A stretch of DNA of 64,000 nucleotides from Octopus sinensis. Its lineage: Eukaryota. Under the pieces are notes generated by a model. That model did not search any database. It saw only the letters and a program-made list of their open reading frames with translations, and was not told the origin of the DNA. A program made the position numbers and the translations under genes. The stretch is taken from assembly GCF_006345805.1 (NCBI RefSeq), contig NC_042999.1, positions 85,250,001 to 85,314,000 of the forward strand, read 5' to 3'. This document shows positions 1 to 11,802 of this stretch, piece after piece. Positions within the stretch are counted from its first letter, which is position 1. Every line of letters begins with the position of its first letter.

Positions 1-203
1 CATTTGATGGTCAGCTCATACATTTCATGGGAACATGTAAATATACTCTTGCATCAACAACAAAAGGCTCCTCATTGATGGCCTTCAGTGTAGAAGCGAA
101 AAATGAACATCGCTTTAATAATAAGAAGGTTTCGTACATTCGCATGGTTGATGTTAAAGTGAATGGTGTAACACTTCGCTTGTTACCAGGTCACACAGTT
201 TTG
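1..203 (+). CDS. VWD-domain gene (FCGBP/zonadhesin/mucin-like), exon A; 5' end lies outside the window
   Basis: Frame 3 reads FDGQLIHFMGTCKYTLA...VDVKVNGVTLRLLPGHTVL, the typical TFDG..F.G.C.Y.L VWD start. It ends at TTG|GTAAGT (phase 0). Confidence 0.88.
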
Positions 204-1415
204 GTAAGTAGATTTTATATATTTGTTAGATGAACGTCAAATTAGAGGAAGTAAACCAGCAAACTACTTAAGCGGAAGGAAAAGGCGGGAAATGAGTGGT
301 ATATATGTGTTAAGATTTATTGAGGACAAATTGAAGACAACAGTTGCTGATATTATAAATTATGAGTAATCTCATTCTAAATGATCAAACTCCGAGATAA
401 AGCAATTGTTTTAAATTTCAGTAAACATTTGAAATCTTTAATAATAGTAAAGATAACCTATTTCAGTTTAGAATACTGTTCGACCAAATAAAGGGCGTAA
501 TGTTCGAATTCTTTCATAAATTTGGTCTGTTGCATCAGTGTTTTAGATATAAGCTAGCGGAACTGACTGAAATCACACATATACAAATAGAAACAGACAC
601 ACACACACGCACATATATATACACACACAAACGCACTCATATACACGCACGCATACATACATGCACAAACATTCTCTCTCTCTCTCACACACACACGCGC
701 GCTACATTGGTAAATTATAAAGAATAAATTAATGAATGGCGACCAATAAACTGTTTTAGAATCTCAGCATGTAATTGATACGATACACTTTGTAAAGCAC
801 TGATATGTAGGAAAGAGAAAGTAGTATGATATATTGTACTCACGTTAACTTATGGCACAAACAAATTTAGAAACATTTCTTGTAGTTCGGATGCATTATC
901 ATGTGCCAACATACAAACAAAAGGAAGCTCATTAACGAGCAACCTACGACTATAACATACTCGATCAAATACATACATGTCCTTACATTTTTATATATTA
1001 GAATTATTTCTAGATGTAAGAAGCTGGTTTGTGATATAGAAACAAAATTCCACGTTAAGTGTTATATGCTGATCTTTAGGAACTTTTTAATGTTTCACTT
1101 ACAGATTAATTGCAGCCGAAATTGTGTGACAGCTCGAAAAACTTCGTTTTTCAATGTTATCATTTATATATTTACTAATATAACCAAATGCAGCGTTAAT
1201 TATTAGTATAAAGGCGAAGTTGTTATTTGGGGTAGAGGATATACAGATTTCGAAGCTGTTGTCCGTAAGTATTTGCTCAACTACGAAGTAAAGATATCAT
1301 CGCAGCTAACCACTATAAACTTACAAGATTTTATCTATTTTACATAAATATATCAAGCATGTTATGTTTATGCTTGGTAGAAGATTTGATGAAAAGTTTC
1401 CTTATTCCATTATTG

Positions 1416-1633
1416 CCCATAAGGGGCTAAACATAGAGGGAACAAACAAGGACAGACAAAGGGATTAAGTCGATTACAACGACGCCAGTGCGTAACTGGT
1501 ACTTATTTAATCGACCCCGAAAGGATGAAAGGCTAAGTCGACCTCGGCGGAATTTGAACTCAGAACGTAAAGACGGACGAAATACCACTAAACAGTTCGC
1601 CCGGCGTGCTAACGTTTCTGCCAACTTGCCGCC
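1416..1633 (-). mobile_element. tRNA-derived SINE, family A (GGCGGCGAGCTGGCAGAAACGTTAGC head)
   Basis: Reverse complement of copies at 23567 and 59109, with a B-box-like GTTCAAATTC. Confidence 0.8.
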
Positions 1634-2222
1634 CTGTGTAACAATATGTACGCATTCATTCAAGAGGTATCGTATCCCAGAGCATTGGTTTCTGTGGCTA
1701 GTAGATGGTTTCACATGGAAGCGCGTTAGGAAGTGAGTGCATTAGAAATTCACTACCGACCCACACGATATTATTCGCTTCATCTTTTACTACACTATGT
1801 TGATATATATATTTTTGCTATAGTTGTTCGATAGATGCTACTTGAAGGAGAGTCATCTTAAGCCTCTTTCTGTCTTTTGACTTGCGAGGCAGAGCTCCTC
1901 AGTAAAATAGTTTCATCTAATGTTTGTGGTTCACAAGAGGATCTTGTCGAGTTTAATGACAACGGGATGGATTTCCTGTATAGACCGCTCGAGTATCCAA
2001 ATGTTGGTATCATTAATACCTAAGTAAGGCGGTAGGTAAAATATATGCATACACAAACATACGCGCGTGCGCACACACACACTCGTATATAGTTATAGTA
2101 TATTCTGTAAAGAACATAGTAGAGTACAATATAAAGCTCATCCGCCTTCAGATTCAGCCTGTGTTATCCAGTAGTAGTATTATACGTACTTCTAGGTTTG
2201 CGTTTGGGCTTCTGTTGTGTTT

Positions 2223-2647
2223 GAATAGGTAATTGAAGAAATTGGAGTTAAGAAAAAGGGGTACGGTTGGACATTTATCTTTTAATCACTATATTTGTTT
2301 CGATGCAATGTAGTTCTCCAGGTGTGCAGGCACTTAATTATGCAACTGTTTCCCTGCATTATGAGATCTAGTTATGTTTCCCCAGGCGATATGTAAATAT
2401 TGTCTCCGTAAGTTTAAAATGCTCGGCTTCAAAAACATCCAATCAGAGCATTTTAAACTTACGGGGACAATATTTACATATCGCCTGGGGAAACATAACT
2501 AGATCTCATAATGCAGGGAAACAGTTGCATAATTAAGTACCTGCACACCTGGAGAACTACATTGCATCGAAACAATTGTAGTAATTAAAAAATAAATGTC
2601 CAGCCGTACCCCTTTTTCTTAACTCCAATTTCTTCAATTACCTATTC
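2223..2647. repeat. Long inverted repeat / foldback: 202-bp arms with a 21-bp spacer
   Basis: 2223-2424 is the reverse complement of 2446-2647, with about 7 mismatches by eye. Confidence 0.92.
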
Positions 2648-3331
2648 GAAAAAAAAACTAGAATGCAGCGCTAGCACACACCACAACATATGACCATAGA
2701 GGATCCTGAAAACATATTAAATACACAGATAAATAAACAAATAGAAATAAATAACTATATATATATATATTTTTTTTTCGATTCGATTTATTATTATTAT
2801 TACTAGTATTGTTGTTATACATACATACATACAAGCATATGTAATGATAATAATAAGTGGATGTAAACACATGAACAAAATAAGAATAAACAAAAACAAC
2901 AACAAAAAAAACAAAATACAAATTACATGAACGTATATAAACAGAAGATACAAATATTACAGGCATCCCCCCACATACCTACACTAAATAAACATAGACG
3001 CACATAGAGATATAAGCATGCGCAAATGAAAACATACAATAGAAATATAAAATGGCTGACGGTTAGTAAGGAGAGACACAAATAAGAAAGAAGAAAACAA
3101 AGGACCACTGATGCGGTCACAGGAGTGTGACGAAAGAACTCTGGCCGAAATATATATATATATATACTTCCATATGAGCTCACACACTCATTAACACACT
3201 TGTATACATATTTAACATATATTTTGATGTGTAGACGGGAGCATTGTGCTGAGGAAAATGTTTAGAACATTGATGTTTATGTTTATAGTTTAATGTAAGT
3301 TAATATATTATGCATTTTTGCGAAATTTTAG

Positions 3332-3637
3332 GTCAACAAACAAATATTCCAAATGCCGTTAAAGAATTTCTTGGTATTTGATGCTACGTACTCCGCCGGA
3401 TGGGTCACAGTTACTACAACTTTCGGACTGAAAGTGAAATTTGATGGAAACCATCGTGTTTATATTTATGTAAGCGGTAAATACAGAGGCCAGCTGACAG
3501 GACTGTGTGGTGACTGCAATAGCAAGAGAGACGACTTTCGTACGAAGGAAGGTGTTGATGTATCGAAAAAAGCAAATAAATACTCCCTCATTGGCAAGAG
3601 CTATCAAGTGCCTGACGATAGTGACAAACCAGAAAAA
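3332..3637 (+). CDS. VWD-domain gene exon B (C-terminal half of VWD)
   Basis: TTTTAG|GTC acceptor in phase 0. Reads ...GLKVKFDGNHRVYIYVSGKYRGQLTGLCGDCNSKRDDF...IGKSYQVPDDSDKPEK (GLCG.C/N VWD motif). The donor AAA|GTGTTA is weak and its phase conflicts with exon C (see findings). Confidence 0.85.
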
Positions 3638-4077
3638 GTGTTAGTATTACGTTTTATTACTTCACGTTTTGTTCGTTTTGTTCGCATTGTCTTACAGTGT
3701 CGGACGAATTTTGTAAAAATACATACATGCATACATATACGTCAGAGGCCCCCCCATACACACGAATTATCGCCCGAGCGAATATGCTTTCTTTTACGGT
3801 ACTTAATCTACTGTTTTGTTTCGCAGAGCCGTTAAGTTAGAGAGACTGAAACAAACCGATGCTAGTTGCAAATTCGTATCGGGACAAACACTATTACAAC
3901 GCGCATATGCATTTATGCTACTATGATGATGATGATGATGATGATGATGATAATATATGTATGTGGGTATATATATATATATATATATAATATATATATA
4001 TATATATAATATATATATTATATATATATATAATATATATATATATATCATATGCGCCTACATATATATATTTTGAT

Positions 4078-4332
4078 CGACCAGGCTATCAGATGTTGCT
4101 ACACATCGCTGGTCACAATGCGCTTCGCATTGTTTTAGCCTTCAAAGACGATACCCCGCTGGCTAAGCGAGCAGGCCATAGAGTGAGAGAAAGTTGTGGC
4201 GAAAGAGTGCCGGAACATCGTGGAGCTATAGGTGTTTTCACTCAATAAACACTCACAACGCCCGGTCTGGGAATCGAAACCGCGATCCTACGACCGCGAG
4301 TCCGCTGCCCTAACCACTGGGCCATTGCGCCT

Positions 4333-4334
<2 letters not shown>
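4078..4334 (-). mobile_element. tRNA-derived SINE, family D
   Basis: Head GGAGGCGCAATGGCCCAGTGGTTAGG...GGTTTCGATTCCC (A and B boxes) followed by a non-tRNA body. Confidence 0.72.
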
Positions 4335-4365
<31 letters not shown>

Positions 4366-4445
4366 ATATATATATATAGGTTCCAAAACACACCGTGATA
4401 GGTGAAAATCTAAGAAGTAGAAACATCACTGTACTCTCGTCATTC

Positions 4446-4671
4446 TCTTTTACTGTTTTACTTGGTTCAGTCATTTGACTGTGACCATGCTCGAGCACCG
4501 CCTTTAGTCAAGCAAATCGACCCCAGGTCGTATTCTTTGTAAGCCTAGTACCTATTCTATCGGTCGCTTTTGCCGAACCGCTAAGTTAAGGGAACGTAAA
4601 CACACGAGCATCGGTTGTGAAGCGATGTTGGGGGGACAAACACAGACACACACACACACACACACACGCAT

Positions 4672-4704
<33 letters not shown>

Positions 4705-4900
4705 CACACATATATATATATATATATACACATATATACGACGGGATTCTTTCAGTTTCCGTCTATCAAATCCACTCACAAGGGTTTGGTCGACCCGGGG
4801 CTTTAGTAAAATACACTTGCTCAAGGTGCCACGCAGTAGGACTGAACCCGGAACGATGTGGTTGGTAAGCAAGCTACTTACACACAGCCACTCCTACGCC
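4446..4900 (-). mobile_element. tRNA-derived SINE, family B, bipartite with an internal (TA)/(TG) microsatellite
   Basis: Head GGCG(T/C)AGGAGTGGCTGTGTG-TAAG and a CCTTG(G/A)GCAAGT core-like block. Related copies at about 48730-48900, 49021-49460, 52170-52525 and 53870-54050. Confidence 0.78.
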
Positions 4901-5048
4901 TGTATATATATATATTTTCTTATTTATATAATTTGTATATATTTATTTTATTATAAATGTAAAACAGCACCACGAAAGAATCGACGTAGGCTTAAATAAT
5001 AAACCGCGATAGGTGAACCGCTTTGTGGCGAAGGATTACTGTATACGG

Positions 5049-5242
5049 TAACATTTTTTTGCCACTATAACGTGACTGTTCTATACAGAACTGTGTTATT
5101 ACATTTTCTAGCTGGTTAACGACACACGGCCTGTGTCCGATATACTGTGATTAAGGGGGAGAATTACTCCTCTTCTTGGGGTTAAAATATAGTAACACAG
5201 TTATGTATAGAACAGTCATGTTATTGTGGCAAAAAAATGTTA
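5049..5242. mobile_element. MITE-like element: 59-bp inverted repeats (including TA ends) around a 76-bp core
   Basis: 5049-5107 is the reverse complement of 5184-5242 with 5 mismatches. Both ends are TA, as expected for Tc1/mariner-type target sites. Confidence 0.65.
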
Positions 5243-5576
5243 GCATCCACTATTATTACTACTTATATCTCGTTTAGAGCTTTTATAACTAGCTATTTGC
5301 ACGTAAAACGCGCGCGCACACACTCATTGTATTGTGTTTGTCGACCGGTTTCGCTTTCGCTATTCATGACATTAAAATTTATTCAAATACGTATTTTCTT
5401 AAGAAGACTTTTTTGTCCATGTTGTGTGTGAAGCTTATGAATGAACGATTCAACAAATAGAAAAATCTAAGGAGCGGCAATTGGTTATCGTTATTATTGT
5501 GGACAGGGGAGATAATTGTCCAACTTTCGGTATGGAGGTGGAATATATGTCCCCTCAACATCGCTTCACAACCGTT

Positions 5577-7340
5577 TACGCCAACCCTGTAATGGGATAC
5601 TTAGAAGAACAACTCTACCAAGAGGTGGAGGTAAACTATGGCACTGGATTTAGAAAGTATATTGAAAAGGCATGGAAGAGATACCTAGACGACTGTTTCA
5701 TAATCTGGACAGAATCTCTAAATACTCTGGAAGAGTTCAATATCCTCCTGAACAACCTACACCCATCTCTCCAATTTACAAAGGAGATGAGTAGTACCAA
5801 ATTACCATTCCTGGATATAATGGTAATTAAAAAAGACACCACCATCACCACAGATATATACTATAAACACACAGACACACATCGATACCTAAATTTTAAG
5901 TCGTGCCATCCACCACATACAAAACGTAACATCCCATACTGCCTAGCCAGAAGAATTTGTACTATTGTAGAAGATGCAAATATCAGGAACAAACGCCTAA
6001 TAGAACTAAGAGAATTTTTGCTCAAACAAAAATACCCATCTCTACTTATAGAAAATGGCATACAGCGGGCTATAAAAATACCCATACAACAACTTAGGAC
6101 AACCCAAAGAAGAGGAAAACAAGAACAAGTCATACCATTCATAGTGACACACAACCTATGTCACCAGAATATCTTCAACATTGCCAAAGCAAACCTACCA
6201 ATCATTGCCCAAAGTAATGAATTAAAAGACATAATCACGGATCGAGCTATGGTGCTTAGTAAAAGACAGCCTAAAAACTTGAAAACATTACTAACAAAGG
6301 CAAAATTTGACCTCAGCAACAAAGACCAAACATTCACGGTATCTAAATGCAATGATAGCCGATGTGGCACATGCCAATTCATACATACCGGTCAATATAT
6401 AAACACAAAAACCGGGAAAATATTCACAAACGCGAATATGAACTGCAAAAGCAGAAATTTAATTTACTGCATCAAATGCCCAAATTGTGAAGAAATATAT
6501 GTAGGTCAGACGGGAAACGCACTATTAGAACGCTCACGTGTACACCGGCAACAGATTAGAGACCCAGAGGTCCGTCAGATACCTTTGAGTAACCACCTAG
6601 CAACATGTGGTCGGAAAATATATATAATATTTCCATTCTACAAATTACACAGCCCAAGTGAAATCGAGAGGAAAATCAGAGAAAAGAATTTTATTGATAA
6701 ATTCGAACCCAAGCTAAATAAGCAATAATAATAATACTTAGAGGTATTACTTCCACTGCTACGACCATGACCACTAACAACAACAACAATACTAAAGGTG
6801 ATCAAGATGAAGATAGCAGGAAAATTATCTTATTTAGGGTTAACAATTCTATTGCCACCACCATCACCACTAGCAACAATAATTAAGGTGCTGACAATGA
6901 TGATGATGACAATTGAAATATAAAAATATAAAAATCTCTGACAAAGGATATTTACAACATTTCTAAAAATAACTCAACAATTGCTGCTTCGGCCAGGGTC
7001 AAGATACAGGACTCTTGACATGTCCAACAAAGCGTGATGCCTAAACCAATCAGCTCAACCAACCAATCAGCTTAAGTAATTGAGTGATACTACACACTGA
7101 TTGGTCAGAATACAGTTTGCAAAACCTAGCACTCTGGAGCCTCTCCCAGCTGTATTTATAGCACAGAATCAATCATCTTGATACAGTCAAAAATTGTGAA
7201 GCATGACTGTCAACACTACTACATGAACCCGAAGATTGCAGAATTCAATGCATGAAAGTACTAGTTCAATCAGAATGAATATTTAACATTCTACTATTTC
7301 ATTTTATTTTATTCAATTATAATATATTATCTTATAATAT
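5577..7340 (+). mobile_element. Penelope-like element, 5'-truncated: RT C-terminus plus GIY-YIG endonuclease (ORF to 6728) and 3' pLTR region
   Basis: YANPVMGY, WKRYLDDCF (RT active site), LPFLDI, YKHTDTHRYLNFKSCHP, C..RCGTC and NLIYCIKCPNCEEIYVGQT (GIY-YIG). Confidence 0.92.
7224..7268 (+). ncRNA. Minimal type I hammerhead ribozyme motif (U4 changed to C) in the Penelope 3' region
   Basis: TGAAC-CCGAAGA-TTGCA(GAATTCAA)TGCAT-GAAA-GTACTA-GTTCA. Stem I is TGAAC/GTTCA, stem II is TGCA/TGCA, stem III is the palindrome AGTACT, and the cleavage triplet is CUA. Confidence 0.62.
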
Positions 7341-7499
7341 ATCATTATAAGATTGTAAATAAAACGTGAAAATCAGACAAGGTTGGAATTCTTTTTATTA
7401 ATATATATATATATATACACACACAAAAATAAAAAAAAACTAGAGTAGTGGGGAGAAATATGTTCAGTGATGGGTATGTAATCGTGAATTAAAATATGT

Positions 7500-8765
7500 A
7501 AAGAGATCAAAGTTGGTTATGCGTGCATATTTAGACGTGTTCTGTATTTTTCGATGAAAAACTTTCTTTATTTAAACTTTCTTGTAAAGAAATTGCATCT
7601 TTGTGACGGTAGAAGGGCAAAACTGTGAAATTTGGTTTAATTTTACCTGCACATTTCTCTACGTGTTCACTTAAATGAATTTGTCTGTATTGCGAGAACC
7701 GGATCTGCTCTTTATGTAGAGTGGTTCTCCGTCTTAATGTCATACACGTCTGTCCCATATAATTATGTCCACAACCCGAGCAGGTTATTACATAAATTAG
7801 GTTCTCAGAGGCACAAGTGAAGTTGGATTTAATTGTGAACCTCTCTTCTTGTTTGAAAAGGAAATCCGAGCCTTCAAGTAGGTTGGGGCATGTTCCACAG
7901 TTTGGGTGTCCACATTTTTTAACCGTTAGTTTTATAGTTGTTGTGTAAGGTTTCGCATTTGCTAGAAGTCTCTTTAGCGATTTGTGATGCTTTTTACATT
8001 TGATGAGTTTATGCGCTTTCAGGATGTTGTTCATTTTTGGGTCTCTAGTTAGGAAAGGGAGATTTTGCACAATAGTGTTGTATGCCTCATTGTTACTAGG
8101 GTTGAAGGTTGATATTTACAGTAATGTTTTGAGATGAGCTGTAGTGTTATGTTTTGTTGTCCTTAGTGGTTTTATGTTTAATTTCTTGGTACGCTTAATT
8201 CCATCGTCTACAAGTGAAGGTGGACATTGCCTTTCAGTTAGTGTTGTTTTGAGGTCTTGAAGACAAAGTTCCCGAGTAGTTCTATCAGACAACTATTGTG
8301 TCTGATAGACACTGTTGTGCAAATCCTTTTTTCAAATTAAAGGGGATATTTATTTTGATGTGTTTCGGGTGGCAGGAGCTAAAAATGAGACATTGTTTCG
8401 ATGTTGGTATAAAGATTGATAACATCGAAGGAAACCAATAGTGTCTCTTCCTTAATTGCTTTTGGTAGGTGTTCTAGCATGTCTAAATCGTCTCTAATGA
8501 AACTTTTGAATGTATTTCAGCAGGGGTTTCAGTAGGATGTCTAGAAAATTGCTTAGGCGGTGGGTTTCACAGGCTGAGCCATCTATAATGGGCCTTAACG
8601 TTAAGTCTTCTGGCGCTTGAATATTTATGTATTTGCCTGGTGATTGTTTGCAGGCTGTATTAATTATATTGCTCTTGTGTATTTTAGGTAGGCCGTAAAA
8701 AGACTAGGTTTACATTTGAAGTTTGTGATGTTGTTTTTTCCATGTAGAAGTATAGAAGTATTACG
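7500..8765 (-). mobile_element. Second Penelope-like element, decayed and internally deleted
   Basis: ORF 7531-8070 contains CGHPNCGTC and NLIYVITCSGCGHNYMGQT. Upstream remnants read FYGLPKIHKS and RPIIDGSACETHRLSNFLDILLKP. Confidence 0.85.
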
Positions 8766-8772
8766 AAAAACA

Positions 8773-8775
<3 letters not shown>

Positions 8776-8864
<89 letters not shown>

Positions 8865-8983
8865 GAAGTATGGGGGTTTACTACACAGGTGATCTAAACG
8901 ATTAGGTACGCTAGATAAGTGCTGTAACGGATTACTAGGACTCCAATATTATAGCCGAGACGATAGTTATGGAGCAATTACAG

Positions 8984-9058
<75 letters not shown>
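8776..9058. repeat. Two long (TA)n tracts flanking a ~120-bp spacer
   Basis: Direct reading. Confidence 0.9.
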
Positions 9059-9065
<7 letters not shown>

Positions 9066-9930
9066 ATAATCGATGTTCTAGTAATTTAAATGTTGAAAAT
9101 TTGCTAATTCATTTTCTCTCCACACATTTTAAGCATAATGATGCAAAACCTCAAATAACGACTCAATATTTTGGGAGCATCTTCGAAAACTTCTCTTATT
9201 TTGACTATTTCTTTTGAACGTAGGTCTCTGGTTATAAATATAAATATTGATCCCAGATACATTTGGAATGAGCAATACGAGATATAACATTGGATACTTC
9301 TTAAAGGACAGTCCCTATTTAATACAGAATAGATCTTATCAGTAGAGAACGGTTATGTAATTAAAATATCCAGAAGTGAGTTCAATAATTAGACAACCAA
9401 CGTGACTTTAGATTTCAATGATCTCACCAATGCTGTCTTGTTTCATTCATATCATGTTCAACTCAAAATATAAGAGGTTAGGTAGAGTATTGTCCCTGTA
9501 GGGAATACTTTCGTCAGGAACAGCTACAGACATTTCTGCGGAAACTATTTAGCAGAAATTCATATTTTACGGTTATAAAAAATATAAAAATGCCGATTAA
9601 AAAACTCAAGTTATAAAAAACATTTAGTATCGTGAATGTGAATACCATTTAATCCAACTGTGTTGTTATGTTAGTATACTTAGCACCACAGTTTTAATAT
9701 TAAGAGAGTGTTTTTATAAAATTGATTGACAAAAATATAGAAAAGTTTGGCTGATCAAATTACATTTCACTAATATTGCAGTAAATTTGTTGTGTCTCTC
9801 GAAGACAGTTTACAGATTATATATTTATGATTAAATAATGAATAAGCATTTTCTGATAATCTATTTTCTTAAAGAGACTTCCCAGTAGGTAATATAAGGT
9901 AAATGAATACACATTGTATTAAATGTATTA

Positions 9931-10243
9931 ACTGGCACTCCGTCGGTTACGACGACTAGGGTTCCAATAAATCCGATCAACAGAACAGCCTGTTCGTGAA
10001 ATTAACATGCATGTGGTTGAGCACTCCATAGACACGTGTACCGTTAACGTAGTTCTCAGGGAGGTTCAGCGTGACACAGAGTGTGACAAGGTTGGCCCTT
10101 CGAAATATAGTTACTACGCAATTTTGCTAGCTGAGTGGTCTGGAGCAGCGTGAAATAAAGGACATAATGCATCGTCGGGAACTGAACTCACAAACCTGAG
10201 ATCGTGAGTCGAATACCCTAACCACTAAGCCACGCACCTTCAC
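9931..10243 (-). mobile_element. tRNA-derived SINE, family E
   Basis: Reverse-strand tRNA-like head (GTGAAGG(T/C)GCGTGGCTTAGTGGTTAGGG). A second copy lies at about 51793-52070. Confidence 0.75.
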
Positions 10244-10249
10244 TGAATG

Positions 10250-10405
10250 TATTTATTTCTTTATTGCCCACAAGGGCTAAACATAGAGGGGACAAACAAG
10301 AACAAAGGGATTAAGTCGATTACATCGACCCCAGTGCATAACTGGTACTTATTTAATCGACCCGAAAGGATGAAAGGTAAAGTCGACCCCGGAGGAATTT
10401 GTTCA
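10250..10405 (-). mobile_element. Family A SINE body
   Basis: ATCGACCC(C)GAAAGGATGAAAGG.AAAGTCGAC block shared with other family A copies. Confidence 0.75.
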
Positions 10406-10752
10406 CTGAGTGTATTAAAACAAACAAAATATATGTTGATACACACTCACATACACATCTTGTATTCATTCCTGTCATGTCCTGCTGTGTTTGTAGGTTT
10501 AATCCATCATCCTGTTGAACGCTGCTAGGTAAGCATTGGCTATTTTACGCTTTTCAGCCATGTTCCCCGATGAAGTTCGCGTGTAGTTAGATTTGTTCAG
10601 AAATATCATGTCAGTCTTGATTTTATGCAAGCAAACGTTATTATCGCTTTAAATAGTTATGTCGTGATGTAGAAGAATGCACCTTGTAAGCGAAGTCAGA
10701 GTAATGAATTTTGTATATTAATGAATTTTCCTCCCTATTATTTTGACTGTAG

Positions 10753-11027
10753 ATGCAATGTCACAGATATCACTACCGATTGCGATCTAAAAATAACTGG
10801 TGTTTGTGAACTTATGACACACGAGAATGGTATTTTTGGACAATGTGTGAAGAGCTTAGGAAAGGAAGTAGCCAGACAATATTTGGACTCTTGCAAGATT
10901 GATGTTTGCGCTTATAGTATGACAGCTAAGTATAAAAAGAGTGCCACTTGCAAAAGTTTCGAAAGTTTTGTCAAGGAATGTGAAGCAAAAGATGTTTTAG
11001 TTAACTGGAGAGGAGTTTTGGGATGCC
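10753..11027 (+). CDS. VWD-domain gene exon C (C8 domain)
   Basis: CTGTAG|A acceptor. Reads CELM...GIFGQC...YLDSCKIDVC...CKSFESFVKECEAK...NWR...C, matching C8 Cys spacing. Donor TGCC|GTGAGT (phase 1). Confidence 0.88.
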
Positions 11028-11397
11028 GTGAGTAGATGTTTTATTTGATATGAAACGCTTGCAATTTGTTTTCTAATTTTTCTAATGCCGTTTTTCTATC
11101 ATTTTATATAGTTTTGATACCTCTTTTACGTTTTTATAATCATTTCAAAGTCAGCACAATTAAAATATCACTTTCCTCCAAACGTTGCAATATTTTGAAT
11201 AACTTCTCAAAGATTCGCCTTCTATATATGTAATAAAATAGCAGAAAACCAGCATCATGCCTTCATTAATTGCGATCACTTTCATATATTTGCAAAGCCT
11301 TCTTTTTCACCTCCGTATCCTCGTCCTCCTCAGTTACATCTCTGTCATTACCATTATTATCCTAATATCATGAACAATATGTATTTTCATTATTTAG

Positions 11398-11597
11398 AGT
11401 TGGATTGTAGTACATGGGCGAACACGATGTACAAATTTAATGTTTCTGACAACCAACCAACTTGCATGAACAGAAATCCCACACCGACCGCTTATCTTAC
11501 TGATGGATGTATATGCAAAGGAAACTATGTTCTCAGTGGAAAGGAATGTGTACCAATATCACAATGTGGTTGTATGTATAGCGGAACGTATCTAAAG
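11398..11597 (+). CDS. VWD-domain gene exon D (reduced six-Cys TIL domain plus start of the next module)
   Basis: TATTTAG|AG acceptor in phase 1. Reads LDC...PTC...DGCICKGNYVLSGKECVPISQCGCMYSGTYLK. Donor AAG|GTTAGT (phase 0). Confidence 0.85.
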
Positions 11598-11802
11598 GTT
11601 AGTTCAATATTTTTCCATTGAAGAAGGCTTAAGAGAAAGAAACCTGGGTGTAGGAATCTGCCGGGGGAAAACACTGGGCAGATATGGTGTTTTTGCACCT
11701 TTTACTCTAAAAGAGCATTTTTTTTCTCCACAGTAAATGTTGTGAATTTGCTTTTGAAATTCGTTTGTTCGTAATGACTGACTGGCGCTGCTGTTATACA
11801 CG

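Noticed and set aside
4260-4334. tRNA-like sequence with A and B boxes (also about 10170-10243 and 52079-52135)
   Set aside because: These are SINE heads that run into a repeat body, with no complete acceptor stem or terminator.
10497-10528. 32-nt exon-like segment (TGTAG|...CTAG|GTAAGC) that could fix the exon B/C phase conflict
   Set aside because: In the required phase 0 its second codon is TAA.
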